Source: Candidatus Fraserbacteria bacterium
GTDB lineage: Bacteria; Bipolaricaulota; Bipolaricaulia; RBG-16-55-9
DNA length: 33,703 nucleotides
Assembly (NCBI GenBank): GCA_037442925.1
Contig: JBBIPG010000018.1
Location: forward strand, 1 to 33,703
Reading direction: 5' to 3'
This document shows, one piece after another, positions 9,923 through 18,978 of the stretch. How positions within the stretch are numbered: position 1 is the stretch's first letter; the number at the start of each line of letters is the position of its first letter. The notes under the pieces are model-generated. The model ran no database searches. It had not been told where the DNA came from and worked only from the letters and a program-made list of their open reading frames with translations. The translations under genes and the position numbers were made by a program.

Positions 9923-10020
9923 AGGGAGAGGTCACTCAGGTATTGCCGGAGCGACCAATGACGCAGACTTATGCCATCTTTGGGGTTTACGCCGTCGCCT
10001 CGGGCGAACGAAGATGAGGA

Positions 10021-10470
10021 GTGATCATAGAAGGCGTCAACGTCCTAAGCATCGCCGTAGCTGGACTGGTCGCGGGCTATGCCATGGCCTGGGTAGGTTA
10101 CTGGATGGAAGGTTTTCTCAAGCTCCCGCGGGTGGATCTGAGCGAGGCTGGTTTCATCTATCTGGACGAGGACGGGCCCTCTCGCTGGTGGATCGGCATG
10201 CTGACTCATCAGATAGATAGTGTTATCTTTGGCCTGGCTTTCGCTGGTTTGCTCTATGCTCATCTGCCAGGCTGGGGTTGGCTGAGGGGGTTGCTCTTTG
10301 GAATCATTCTCTGGCTCATGGTCTCGCTGGCAGCTATGATGGGCAGAATCGGTGGAGCCAAGGTCTTTCAGACGACGATGCGCATGACTCCACCCCATAT
10401 GATCGCTAATCTCTTGCTGCATCTCGTCTATGGTTTTGTACTGGGAGCTTTGTATGTTCCCCCACGATAA
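10021..10470 (+). CDS. Four-TM membrane protein of unknown function
   Basis: Four hydrophobic segments with intramembrane His residues (GMLTHQ, LLLHLVYGFVLG). GAGGA precedes the GTG start. Confidence 0.75.
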   Translation: MIIEGVNVLSIAVAGLVAGYAMAWVGYWMEGFLKLPRVDLSEAGFIYLDEDGPSRWWIGMLTHQIDSVIFGLAFAGLLYAHLPGWGWLRGLLFGIILWLMVSLAAMMGRIGGAKVFQTTMRMTPPHMIANLLLHLVYGFVLGALYVPPR

Positions 10471-10485
10471 AGGGAGGTCCACTCG

Positions 10486-11259
10486 ATGACACGCGCAACG
10501 CGAGATCGAGAAGCGCTCCGAGAGCAGGTCCTGAACGAGCGTGCCAAGATCCTCCGAAAGTTGGAGAAGGAACGCAGCAGCAAAGTGATCACCTTGATCC
10601 ACCGCCGAGAGCCTTGGATCGAAGTGAACAATGGGGAAGAGGCTGGCATCATCATCGAGGACAGCGAGAAAGTCTTGATGGACATCCACCGAACGCCCAA
10701 AGATCGTCCGATCGATATGATTCTGCACACTCCGGGTGGATTGCAGCTGGCGGCAGAGATGATCGCATCGGCGCTGATGAAGCATCCGGCTCCGATCACG
10801 GCCATTGTGCCGTTCTACGCCATGAGCGGCGGCTCGATGATCGCGCTGGCGGCAGATGAGATCTTGATGGAAGGTTTTTCAGTGTTGGGTCCCTTGGATC
10901 CACAGATCGGGGGGATGGCCTCCGGGGCCATTGTGGAACTGCTAGAGAAGAAGCCCATTGAGAATATCAGTGATGAGATGGTGATTCTGGCGGATTTGGC
11001 TAAGAAGTCGATTCAGGAGGTCAAAGCGTTCATCAACTGGTTCTTGGCAAATAAAGAGATGGACGAGAAGCAGCGCGAACTGGTGGCCGATTTCTTGACG
11101 GGCGGACACATGGCTCATACCCGACCGTTATCTGTGGAAACGCTGATGGAGCTACAGCTTCCGGTGAAGCTCGGCGTGCCAGAGCTGGTATTTGATCTCT
11201 TTGAGACCTACGAGATTGGCAGCGTCCAGCGGCCTCAAGTGGCTTCCTTCCTCTGGTAG
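10486..11259 (+). CDS. SDH family Clp-fold serine proteinase (DUF114-like)
   Basis: IDMILHTPGG, PFYAMSGGSMIALAADEI (Ser), LGPLDPQ (Asp), GHMAHTRPL (His). GGGAGG RBS. Confidence 0.9.
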   Translation: MTRATRDREALREQVLNERAKILRKLEKERSSKVITLIHRREPWIEVNNGEEAGIIIEDSEKVLMDIHRTPKDRPIDMILHTPGGLQLAAEMIASALMKHPAPITAIVPFYAMSGGSMIALAADEILMEGFSVLGPLDPQIGGMASGAIVELLEKKPIENISDEMVILADLAKKSIQEVKAFINWFLANKEMDEKQRELVADFLTGGHMAHTRPLSVETLMELQLPVKLGVPELVFDLFETYEIGSVQRPQVASFLW

Positions 11260-11267
11260 CCAATCTG

Positions 11268-11525
11268 ATGATGAGAATCGTGAAGCAACATCGTCTCGTG
11301 TCTGCACTGAGGAACTATTTGACTCATCTCGACAGCGCAGTGGATGCGCGTGCGATTGCGAACGCACGAAGAGAACTATTGAGCACAGTTCCTCAAAAGA
11401 GCAAGTGGTTCTTCTGTGAGGTGGACGGTCAAGATTACGCCGTGCGGGTCTCGAAAGACAGCCGAATCGAGATCATGCACAACATTTTTAATGGTTTCCG
11501 TAGCGCATCGCATCCGCGACCATGA
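11268..11525 (+). CDS. Hypothetical protein (85 aa)
   Basis: Starts 8 nt after the SDH protease stop and has protein-like composition. Its 3' end overlaps convergent folP by 38 nt. Confidence 0.5.
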   Translation: MMRIVKQHRLVSALRNYLTHLDSAVDARAIANARRELLSTVPQKSKWFFCEVDGQDYAVRVSKDSRIEIMHNIFNGFRSASHPRP

Positions 11526-12327
11526 GAGCATACTTGATGGGCTCAAGATCATGAACGCGAACGATGTCAGCCCCATGAAGCACCCCGATTGTCACACTGG
11601 CGATTGTCTCTTCTAAGCGTTTTTCAACGGGCCTTTTCGTGAGCGCCCCCAGAAACGACTTGCGCGATGTTCCCAGCAATACGGGTCTTCCCAGCTGCTT
11701 CAGCTCTGACAATCGTCTTAGAATCTCCGTGTTGTGCTCCGGTCGCTTGCCGAAGCCAATCCCCGGATCGACGATGATCTTCTCCTCTGAGATCCCTCGC
11801 TCGATAGCCCACGCAATGCGTTCACGCAAAAACTCGATGATCTCTTTGACTACATCTCTGTACGAAGGGCTTTGTTGCATTGTCTTGGGTGTTCCCAACA
11901 TGTGCATGAGCACAACGGGGACATCGGCCTGTGCCACCACCTCTGCCATGCGAGGGTCGAGCCGCAAAGCACTCACATCGTTGATCATGTCGGCTCCGGC
12001 CTTGAGTGCTTCCTCTGCGACTTGTGCTTTATAGGTGTCTACGGATATGCAGATGTCGGGGAGTTCTGCGCGCACGGCTTCGATCACGGGAATGACTCGG
12101 TGGAGTTCCTCATCCAGCGAGACAGGCTCCGCTCCCGGTCGGGTGGATTCGCCGCCGATATCTAGAATATCCGCGCCCGCTTCAGCAAGCTGCCGGGCAT
12201 AAGCCAGAGCAACTTCTACGCTCAAGTAGCGTCCCCCATCGGAGAACGAATCAGGCGTGACGTTGAGGATGCCCATGAGAAGCGTTCGGCTTCCCACTTG
12301 CTTGAGAATTCCTGTTCTCGTCTGCAT
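11488..12327 (-). CDS. folP: Dihydropteroate synthase
   Basis: MGILNVTPDSFSDGG, DIGGESTRPG, DPGIGFGK, GTSRKSF, IVRVHD. Confidence 0.97.
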   Translation of the reverse strand: MQTRTGILKQVGSRTLLMGILNVTPDSFSDGGRYLSVEVALAYARQLAEAGADILDIGGESTRPGAEPVSLDEELHRVIPVIEAVRAELPDICISVDTYKAQVAEEALKAGADMINDVSALRLDPRMAEVVAQADVPVVLMHMLGTPKTMQQSPSYRDVVKEIIEFLRERIAWAIERGISEEKIIVDPGIGFGKRPEHNTEILRRLSELKQLGRPVLLGTSRKSFLGALTKRPVEKRLEETIASVTIGVLHGADIVRVHDLEPIKYALMVADAMRYGNH

Positions 12328-12361
12328 GGTACAATGATAGCATGGGGGACATTGCAGACCA

Positions 12362-12820
12362 ATGGCATGGCGTATTGAAAAGATCGTTTCTGGTGGGCAG
12401 ACAGGGGTAGACCGAGCTGCTCTCGATGCAGCCTTGGAACTGGGGCTGCCATGTGGAGGCTGGTGTCCGAGGGGTCGAAGGACCGAGGATGGCCCGCTCC
12501 CGAGTCGCTATCCTCTGAAGGAGACGCCATCAGATGAATATTCTCAGCGGACGGAGTGGAACGTGAGAGATTCCGATGCGACGCTTGTTCTGACTTGCGG
12601 TGAACCCACTGGCGGGACTGCTCAAACGATTGAATTCGCAGCCCAACTGGGCAGACCGTGCCTTGTGATGGATCTCACAGATCCGCCGAGCGTATCAGTT
12701 GTGGTTGCTTGGGCAGAGAAGCACAAGATTCGAGTGCTCAATGTGGCAGGGCCAAGAGAGAGTAAAAACCCAGGGATCTATAGGGATGCCAGGCGATTTC
12801 TTAAGAAACTCTTCTCTTGA
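12362..12820 (+). CDS. Putative molybdenum carrier protein family (SLOG fold)
   Basis: KIVSGGQTGVDRAALD, GGWCPRGRRTEDG, RTEWNVRDSDATL, LNVAGPRES. Confidence 0.88.
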   Translation: MAWRIEKIVSGGQTGVDRAALDAALELGLPCGGWCPRGRRTEDGPLPSRYPLKETPSDEYSQRTEWNVRDSDATLVLTCGEPTGGTAQTIEFAAQLGRPCLVMDLTDPPSVSVVVAWAEKHKIRVLNVAGPRESKNPGIYRDARRFLKKLFS

Positions 12821-12856
12821 GAACCTCGTTTATTTCCCGCAGCCATCACCCTCAGC

Positions 12857-13273
12857 TTACCCTTGTGCTTCCCGTTCCAGTCGCCTTCTCAAGTCATCCG
12901 GCAGCGGAATCGCCTTAAACGCTGTTAAGTCAATCGTGACGTGAGTAATCTTCGCTTCCGCACAGAACTCTCGTCCCTTGAAGACCCGAAACGAGAACGT
13001 CACGGAGCGAGTGCCCAGTTTTGCCACTTCCAGCACGATATCGATGGCATCGCCGTAGCGCACGGGTTTTTTGAAGTCGGCCTCGACATGAACAATGGGA
13101 AACCCTAGGCCTAACTCCCCGATCAAGTAGGGGTACGGAAACCCCATATGCTCCATGAAGGCCTCTTCCGTACGCTGGAAGTAATCAAAGAAGTTCGGGT
13201 AGTAGACGATGCTGGCATAATCGATCTCGCCGAAGCTGATCTTCCACGTAGCTTTGTAGGACATGTCGTCCAT
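12857..13273 (-). CDS. Acyl-CoA thioesterase (4HBT/YbgC hotdog family)
   Basis: FGEIDYASIVYYPNFFDYF, FPIVHVEADFKKPVRYGD. Confidence 0.88.
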   Translation of the reverse strand: MDDMSYKATWKISFGEIDYASIVYYPNFFDYFQRTEEAFMEHMGFPYPYLIGELGLGFPIVHVEADFKKPVRYGDAIDIVLEVAKLGTRSVTFSFRVFKGREFCAEAKITHVTIDLTAFKAIPLPDDLRRRLEREAQG

Positions 13274-13413
13274 CGTACCTCAGCTCTTGGCGATGTTCCA
13301 GCGAAGTGTGATGATGTCGTCGATCTGCAGGAAGAGGAAGGGATCGGGGTTGACAGAGGCCATGCAATCAAGTAGACTTTATGTGATAGAGATCGAAGAG
13401 TCACCGGAACACC

Positions 13414-13830
13414 ATGAGCATAGAGATAAAGCAAGTTCTGCCGCGAGTCACGAAGCAACGCAAGGCAATCTTTTCCGCTCTCCAAGGAGACGCATCGCAT
13501 CCCACAGCCGATGAGATCTATCAGCGCGTGAAGCAACGCTTGCCTCATATCAGCCTGGCTACCGTCTATCGCAATCTTAAGCTCCTTTCCCAAGAGGGCC
13601 TCATCCTAGAGATTCCTACGCCCGACGGCCCAAGTCGCTACGATCCCCAGACTCATCAGCACTATCACTTTCTCTGCGATCGCTGTGAGCGTGTGTACGA
13701 CGTAGAGATCCCCGTACAAGGGCAGCTCAACCGTGAATTAGGCCGTCAGGGATTCAGCATTCGCTCTCACGAGATCGTCTTCTACGGTCTTTGCCGACGC
13801 TGCAGCACACGGACATCCCGCGCTTCCTAG
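13414..13830 (+). CDS. Fur-family transcriptional regulator (PerR-like metal site)
   Basis: HPTADEIY, ISLATVYRNL, SRYD, HYHFLCDRC, VYD, and C-terminal CRRC structural Zn site. Confidence 0.92.
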   Translation: MSIEIKQVLPRVTKQRKAIFSALQGDASHPTADEIYQRVKQRLPHISLATVYRNLKLLSQEGLILEIPTPDGPSRYDPQTHQHYHFLCDRCERVYDVEIPVQGQLNRELGRQGFSIRSHEIVFYGLCRRCSTRTSRAS

Positions 13831-13859
13831 CTGGAAAACTCATCTGCACGCAAAGTAGT

Positions 13860-13874
13860 TAGTAATGATTCCTA
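13860..13874 (+). promoter_or_regulatory. Putative Fur/PerR operator (7-1-7 inverted repeat)
   Basis: TAGTAAT-G-ATTCCTA is 6/7 palindromic, resembles the TGATAAT-N-ATTATCA Fur core, and lies just upstream of the iron ABC promoter. Confidence 0.55.
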
Positions 13875-13888
13875 TTTGTGAAAACCTC

Positions 13889-13917
13889 TTGACAAAAGCG
13901 GACTAATTTAGTACGCT
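13889..13917 (+). promoter_or_regulatory. Sigma70 promoter of the iron ABC transporter operon
   Basis: TTGACA-17 nt-TACGCT. Confidence 0.55.
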
Positions 13918-13965
13918 TTTTGTACTTAGAAAGCTTACTCAAAGGTGGGATCGACTTTGCACAAG

Positions 13966-15039
13966 ATGATACCGCGCAAGTCACTGATGCTAGGGATCGT
14001 GCTGGTCTCTCTTTCTTTGCTCATGCCGGGAGGTGGAACCCTACCCGCGAAGGCTACGCAGGGATCTGGGGATCTTGTGATCTTCTCGGGACGCCGAGAG
14101 CCTCTGCTTGCTCCCGTGCTGCAGCTATTCCAGCGACAAACGGGCATGCAGGTCACGGTGAAGTTCGGTTCGACTACCGCTCTCGCCCAGGAGATCCTGC
14201 AACTCCAAGGCGCTGGCCGCCCTGTGCCCGATGTGTTCATCGCCAACGATGCGGGGACGCTGCAGTTCTTGCAACAAACAAGAAGTGCATTTCAAGCATA
14301 CACATCGGCGCACATTGAGAAGTTGCCGGAGCGGTTTCGGGATCCTGAGGGTTTCTGGATGGGTCTTTCCGGGCGCAGCCGAGTGATCATCTACAACCGA
14401 GATCTCGTGCAACCGGAAGAGTTACCCACCACAGCCTTCGATCTGATCGACCCAAAGTGGCGAGGGAAGATCGCAGTCAGCAACGCCAGCGACACGGATG
14501 GGTTCGTCCCTTGGGTGAGTGCACTACGCTTGACGCTGGGGGATGAGTTGACCAAAGCATTCCTGTTCAAACTCAAAGAGAACCAGATTGCGATCTTGTC
14601 GGAACAAACGGACATCCGAAAGGCGGTGGGGCGCGGTGAGTTCGCCCTGGGTCTCATCAATAACTACTATGTCTATCTGCAACGCCACGAATCGGATCCG
14701 GCTGTGCGCAACGTGGGAATTCTCTATCACGATCAGGGTTCGTTTCAGGTGGGTACGCTCGTCAACGCCACCGGAGCTGCCATCGTCCAGGGCGCCGCTA
14801 ATCTTCAAAATGCCCAGCAGTTCTTAGATTTCTTGGCTTCAGAAGAAGCCCAACGACTTTTTGCAGAACTCAATTTTGAGTATCCGCTGCTCCCCGGAGT
14901 CCGCATACATCCTGAGGTGAGCGAAGAGCTTCCTGGGGGGAACCTAGACGGTCTCAAACAACTCCCCGTCTCTCCCGCGGATCTGGGTAAAGAGCTGGAG
15001 GCCACTCAGCAGCTACTCGAAGAGGTAGGCTGGTTCTAG
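13966..15039 (+). CDS. Fe3+ ABC transporter substrate-binding protein (FutA/FbpA/AfuA family)
   Basis: Signal peptide, LVIFSGRRE, DVFIANDAG, WMGLSGRSRVIIYN, tandem-Tyr iron ligand motif INNYYVY, NFEYPL. The start is either the ATG at 13966 or the GTG at 13945. Confidence 0.9.
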   Translation: MIPRKSLMLGIVLVSLSLLMPGGGTLPAKATQGSGDLVIFSGRREPLLAPVLQLFQRQTGMQVTVKFGSTTALAQEILQLQGAGRPVPDVFIANDAGTLQFLQQTRSAFQAYTSAHIEKLPERFRDPEGFWMGLSGRSRVIIYNRDLVQPEELPTTAFDLIDPKWRGKIAVSNASDTDGFVPWVSALRLTLGDELTKAFLFKLKENQIAILSEQTDIRKAVGRGEFALGLINNYYVYLQRHESDPAVRNVGILYHDQGSFQVGTLVNATGAAIVQGAANLQNAQQFLDFLASEEAQRLFAELNFEYPLLPGVRIHPEVSEELPGGNLDGLKQLPVSPADLGKELEATQQLLEEVGWF

Positions 15040-15042
15040 CGC

Positions 15043-16698
15043 ATGGCCGTCTCTGCACGCGCACTCGTTGGTAGATTTGTCCAGCGACGCCGAGGGACCC
15101 GGTTCTCGGGGCTCTCGGTGCCTTCAGCACTGATTGCGCTGGCAATGGCCTCCCCACTTGTTTATCTACTCTATCAGGGGATCAGCGTCGCTCCGGATGT
15201 CTGGGCGCGCTTGCTGGGGACCCGCGTGCCCAGCTTGCTCGTGAACACGCTCATGCTGACGGGCTTCGTCACTGTGGGCGCACTAGCGCTGGGGCTCTTG
15301 CTCGCTTGGCTTGTGGAGCGTACGGATCTTCCCGCCCGAAGAATCTTCGGCCCCTTGCTCCTCACCCCCTTCATCGTCTCTCCTCTCGTGATGGCCATCT
15401 CTTACGTCGGGTTCTTTGGGGTGGGAGGCCTGCTGGACAAAGCTTTGCGCGGCCTGGGCTGGGATGGCGCTGTCCCCTCTCCCTATGGCTTAGGCGGCAC
15501 GGTGTGGGTGTTGATCCTCTCCACATATCCATACGTCTACGTTCTCATGCGGGCGGCGTTCCGCGGACTCGATCCCACTTTACTAGATGTGGCCCGCTGC
15601 AGTGGGGCTGGTAGGGCCAGAATCGCCCTCCGAGTGACGCTCCCCCTGTTGGCCCCTGCCCTGAGCGCTGGAGCCTTCTTAGTTGCTTTGTACGCGCTAG
15701 CCGATTTTGAGGTGCCTGCCCTGATGCGCTATCCGACGTTCGTGACTGTGATCTTTCAGCAGCTCACCGGTCGCTACGATTCGAGCGCCGCGTCGGCCTT
15801 GGGGACGGTGCTTGTGCTCCTGATGATGCTAATGCTCTGGGGACAGAGGGAGCTATGGGGTCGCCGCCGCTTCGTCCCGGAAAGAATTTCAGGCCGCCCT
15901 TGGCCTGCCGTGCCCGTAAGAAACTGGAAGATCCCAGCCCTGGCCTTGATTGTGCTTGTGCTCTTCGCCGGGCTGCTCTTGCCGATGGGAATTCTCTTTT
16001 ACTGGCTCGTGGAGAGCTGGCTCATCCCACAGGCTCTAGCCGTGCTTTGGGGGACGAGTGGGAGGGCTCTCTTGGGCTATCTGCTGAACAGTCTCTGGGT
16101 TTCGGCAGCCGCCGCGACTGTGGCCGTCGTAGGGGCCCTGCCGATCGCCTATGGCTCTGTGCGCTATCGCGACCGCTTGAGCCAGACGTGGGCTTGGCTC
16201 TCACAGGCGGGCCAAGCCCTGCCGGGCGTCTTGATCGCGTTGGGGTTGCTCTCTCTGATCTTGCGCTTTCTGCCGGGACTCTATGCTACTGTCTGGGTGG
16301 TCATCTTAGCCTATCTTGTGAGATTCTTCTCTCAAGTACTTCAGCCGCTTCGCTCTGGGCTGGCTCAAGTGCCGGCCCATCTGGAAGAGGGAGCGCGCCT
16401 ACTGGGCCAGCGGCCGCTGGGAGCCTTCAGACGGGTGACGCTGCCACTCCTGTGGCCCGCGCTGGCTGGGGGCTGGACGCTCGTCTTCTTAAGCGCGCTT
16501 CGAGAGCTTCCGGCGACGCTTCTCCTGCGCCCGGCGGGCTTTGACACCTTGCCGATACGCATCTGGACAGCGGCCGGTGAGGGATTCTATGCTCAGGCAG
16601 CTCCGGCTGCGCTTCTGCTGGTGGGATTGTCGATACCGCTGCTCGTCTGGCTCCATCGCGGAAGCTCGGCTCCAGGGAGCATGAGATCCTATGACTGA
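15043..16698 (+). CDS. Fe3+ ABC transporter permease (FbpB/AfuB family, duplicated domain)
   Basis: LAWLVERTDLP, YPYVY, two EAA-like loops (LLDVARCSG, LEEGARLLG), RELPATLLLRP. Confidence 0.92.
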   Translation: MAVSARALVGRFVQRRRGTRFSGLSVPSALIALAMASPLVYLLYQGISVAPDVWARLLGTRVPSLLVNTLMLTGFVTVGALALGLLLAWLVERTDLPARRIFGPLLLTPFIVSPLVMAISYVGFFGVGGLLDKALRGLGWDGAVPSPYGLGGTVWVLILSTYPYVYVLMRAAFRGLDPTLLDVARCSGAGRARIALRVTLPLLAPALSAGAFLVALYALADFEVPALMRYPTFVTVIFQQLTGRYDSSAASALGTVLVLLMMLMLWGQRELWGRRRFVPERISGRPWPAVPVRNWKIPALALIVLVLFAGLLLPMGILFYWLVESWLIPQALAVLWGTSGRALLGYLLNSLWVSAAAATVAVVGALPIAYGSVRYRDRLSQTWAWLSQAGQALPGVLIALGLLSLILRFLPGLYATVWVVILAYLVRFFSQVLQPLRSGLAQVPAHLEEGARLLGQRPLGAFRRVTLPLLWPALAGGWTLVFLSALRELPATLLLRPAGFDTLPIRIWTAAGEGFYAQAAPAALLLVGLSIPLLVWLHRGSSAPGSMRSYD

Positions 16699-17767
16699 TC
16701 TACAAAGAGAGCGCGTCCACATTCGACTGGATAATATCATGCACGCGTATTCTTCAGCGTCCGGTGAGGAACGCTTGGCGTTGGGTCCGATCTCTCTAGA
16801 CATCATCGAGCGGGAATTTCTTGTGGTGCTCGGGCCTTCTGGATCAGGCAAGACGACACTGTTACGAATCATCGCGGGACTGGAGATGCCACTGGCAGGC
16901 CGGGTGGAGCTGGCGGGTTCTGATGTCACGGACACAAGACGCTACCCGCCGGAGGTGCGCGGCGTCGGGATGGTCTTTCAAGACTACGCGCTCTTTCCAC
17001 ACCTTACGGTCTGGGGGAACGTCGCCTTCGGGCTCTCGGGCCGCAATGGTACAAAACGGGCGCGCGTGGATGAAGTTCTGAAACTGGTCGGCCTACGGGG
17101 GTTGGAAGAACGCTATCCTCATGAGCTTTCCGGGGGCGAGCAGCAGCGGGTGGCCCTGGCCCGCACGCTCGCACCCAATCCCAAGGTCGTGCTGCTCGAT
17201 GAGCCGTTCAGCAACTTAGATGCAGATCTTCGTCGTCAGATGCGAAGCGAAGTGAAGGCCATCCTGCGTGAACTTGGAACCACTGTGATTCTGGTCACGC
17301 ACGATCAGGAAGAGGCGTTTGATCTAGGGGATCGCATCGCCGTGGTACATCGCGGTCAGTTGGAGCAGTTGGGCAGCCCGGAAAAAATATACGCCACTCC
17401 TGCGACGCGCTTTGTAGCCGAGTTCATCGGTCGTGCGGACTTCCTCCTCGGACGGCGTTGCTCTGAGGGCATCGCGACAGAGGTGGGGGTTTTCCCAATC
17501 GTGAGCGGAGAAGATCGAGTTTCAGCATCTGATACTTGGGAGATCTTGATCCGTCCGGACATGGTGGAGATCGAACCAAATCCGCAAGGAGAGGCTGTGA
17601 TCGTGGCCCGGCGCTTTGCGGGCATGCACAAACTCTACTGCTTGGAGCTCCCCTCTGGTGCGAGGGTGCACAGCTTGCAGCCTTCCACAAAGACGCTTGA
17701 GGAGGGGAGCCGGGTTCACCTGAGAGTCTCGCTGCACTCTGTGATCGCCTTTCCTCAAGGATCCTAG
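16691..17767 (+). CDS. Fe3+ ABC transporter ATP-binding protein (FbpC/AfuC family, TOBE domain)
   Basis: Walker A GPSGSGKT, VFQDYALFPH, LSGGEQQRVALAR, LLDEPFSNLD, VTHDQEEA. Confidence 0.93.
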   Translation: MTDLQRERVHIRLDNIMHAYSSASGEERLALGPISLDIIEREFLVVLGPSGSGKTTLLRIIAGLEMPLAGRVELAGSDVTDTRRYPPEVRGVGMVFQDYALFPHLTVWGNVAFGLSGRNGTKRARVDEVLKLVGLRGLEERYPHELSGGEQQRVALARTLAPNPKVVLLDEPFSNLDADLRRQMRSEVKAILRELGTTVILVTHDQEEAFDLGDRIAVVHRGQLEQLGSPEKIYATPATRFVAEFIGRADFLLGRRCSEGIATEVGVFPIVSGEDRVSASDTWEILIRPDMVEIEPNPQGEAVIVARRFAGMHKLYCLELPSGARVHSLQPSTKTLEEGSRVHLRVSLHSVIAFPQGS

Positions 17768-17770
17768 ACT

Positions 17771-18700
17771 GTGAATCTCCCTATTCTCGTCTGGTTGCTG
17801 CTGAGCACGATTTGGGGCTCCACGTGGCTCTTCATCAAGCTGGGGCTGGATGAAGGTCTGCCACCCCTCACCTTTGCCGGTATTCGATTCGTGATTGCAT
17901 CGCTTCCCTTGGCTGTGTGGCTCGTGATCCGCCGCACGCCCCTTCCCAAAGACCACCGCGATTGGAGGCTGATGATAGGCACGGGCCTCTTGACATTTGC
18001 CGCCAACTATGGGCTTGTCTTCTGGGGTGAGAATCACATCTCTTCGGGTTTAACGGCCATCCTTTACACGACGTTGCCCCTGTTCGGCCTTGTGATCGCG
18101 CACTTCCTCTTGCCGAGTGAGCCCATGACCGTTCGCAAAGTGAGTGGCGTGCTCTTGGGGATTGCGGGCGTGGTGTTGATCTTCTCTCATCAACTCTACA
18201 TCAGTGATCCCATGGCGATGTGGGGAAGTCTTGCCATTGTCTTGGCGGCATTGGGAACAGCGTATGCCGGAGTGCTCATCAAAGCGCGCGGAGGGCATTT
18301 CGATCCTTTCGTGCTTACCACCGTGCAGATGATCTCGGGCTTCATCCCGATGCTTGCGATCTTCATTCCTATTGAAGGCAATCCGCTCAGCTTTCACTGG
18401 ACTCCTTTGGCGTTGCTTGCGCTTTTCTATCTCGCTTTCGTCGGATCGTCACTCACGTTTGTGCTGCTCTACTGGCTCTACAGACACATGGAAGTGACGA
18501 AGACTCAGCTTATGCCTCTCTTGAGCACGCTGATCGCTGTAGTTTTGGGGGCCATCATCTTGCACGAAGAGCTCAGCTGGCGGACAGCTGGGGGAGGTGC
18601 TGCGATTCTCGTGGGACTGGCGCTAGCAACGTGGAGGCCGAAGCGCGAGAATCATGTTGTTCCGGTAGGCACTACAAGGGAGAGAATCAGTTCGCTCTAG
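17771..18700 (+). CDS. EamA/DMT family transporter
   Basis: IWGSTWLFIK, about 10 TM segments in two EamA repeats, YLAFVGS. Confidence 0.92.
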   Translation: MNLPILVWLLLSTIWGSTWLFIKLGLDEGLPPLTFAGIRFVIASLPLAVWLVIRRTPLPKDHRDWRLMIGTGLLTFAANYGLVFWGENHISSGLTAILYTTLPLFGLVIAHFLLPSEPMTVRKVSGVLLGIAGVVLIFSHQLYISDPMAMWGSLAIVLAALGTAYAGVLIKARGGHFDPFVLTTVQMISGFIPMLAIFIPIEGNPLSFHWTPLALLALFYLAFVGSSLTFVLLYWLYRHMEVTKTQLMPLLSTLIAVVLGAIILHEELSWRTAGGGAAILVGLALATWRPKRENHVVPVGTTRERISSL

Positions 18701-18962
18701 ATTCTGGCGTAAATTCGTTCAATAAGGGTTCTAGAAGTCGTCTCCATTCACGTTTGGAGGCTAGGACGCCCGCAATTTCTAAGTCGTCACCATCGTAGTA
18801 GATCTCAAATTTGTTATCGCAGCAGCCGCACTTTATCAGCAGGCGCGGTGATTTCTTCTCCTGTGCTCGTCGATGCCAGATCCTCAATTTCCAATAGCCT
18901 TGCTCGTCGTGCTGAACCAGCTTCTTGTTCCACTTCTGAAAGAGCTTTGACAGATCGGCCAT
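18687..18962 (-). CDS. Hypothetical protein with CGCC motif (91 aa)
   Basis: Strong GAGGAGG RBS before the ATG at 18962. Sequence YWKLRIWHRR...KSPRLLIKCGCCDNKFEIYY...WRRLLEPLL. Confidence 0.7.
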   Translation of the reverse strand: MADLSKLFQKWNKKLVQHDEQGYWKLRIWHRRAQEKKSPRLLIKCGCCDNKFEIYYDGDDLEIAGVLASKREWRRLLEPLLNEFTPESRAN

Positions 18963-18978
18963 GACGTGCCTCCTCAGT

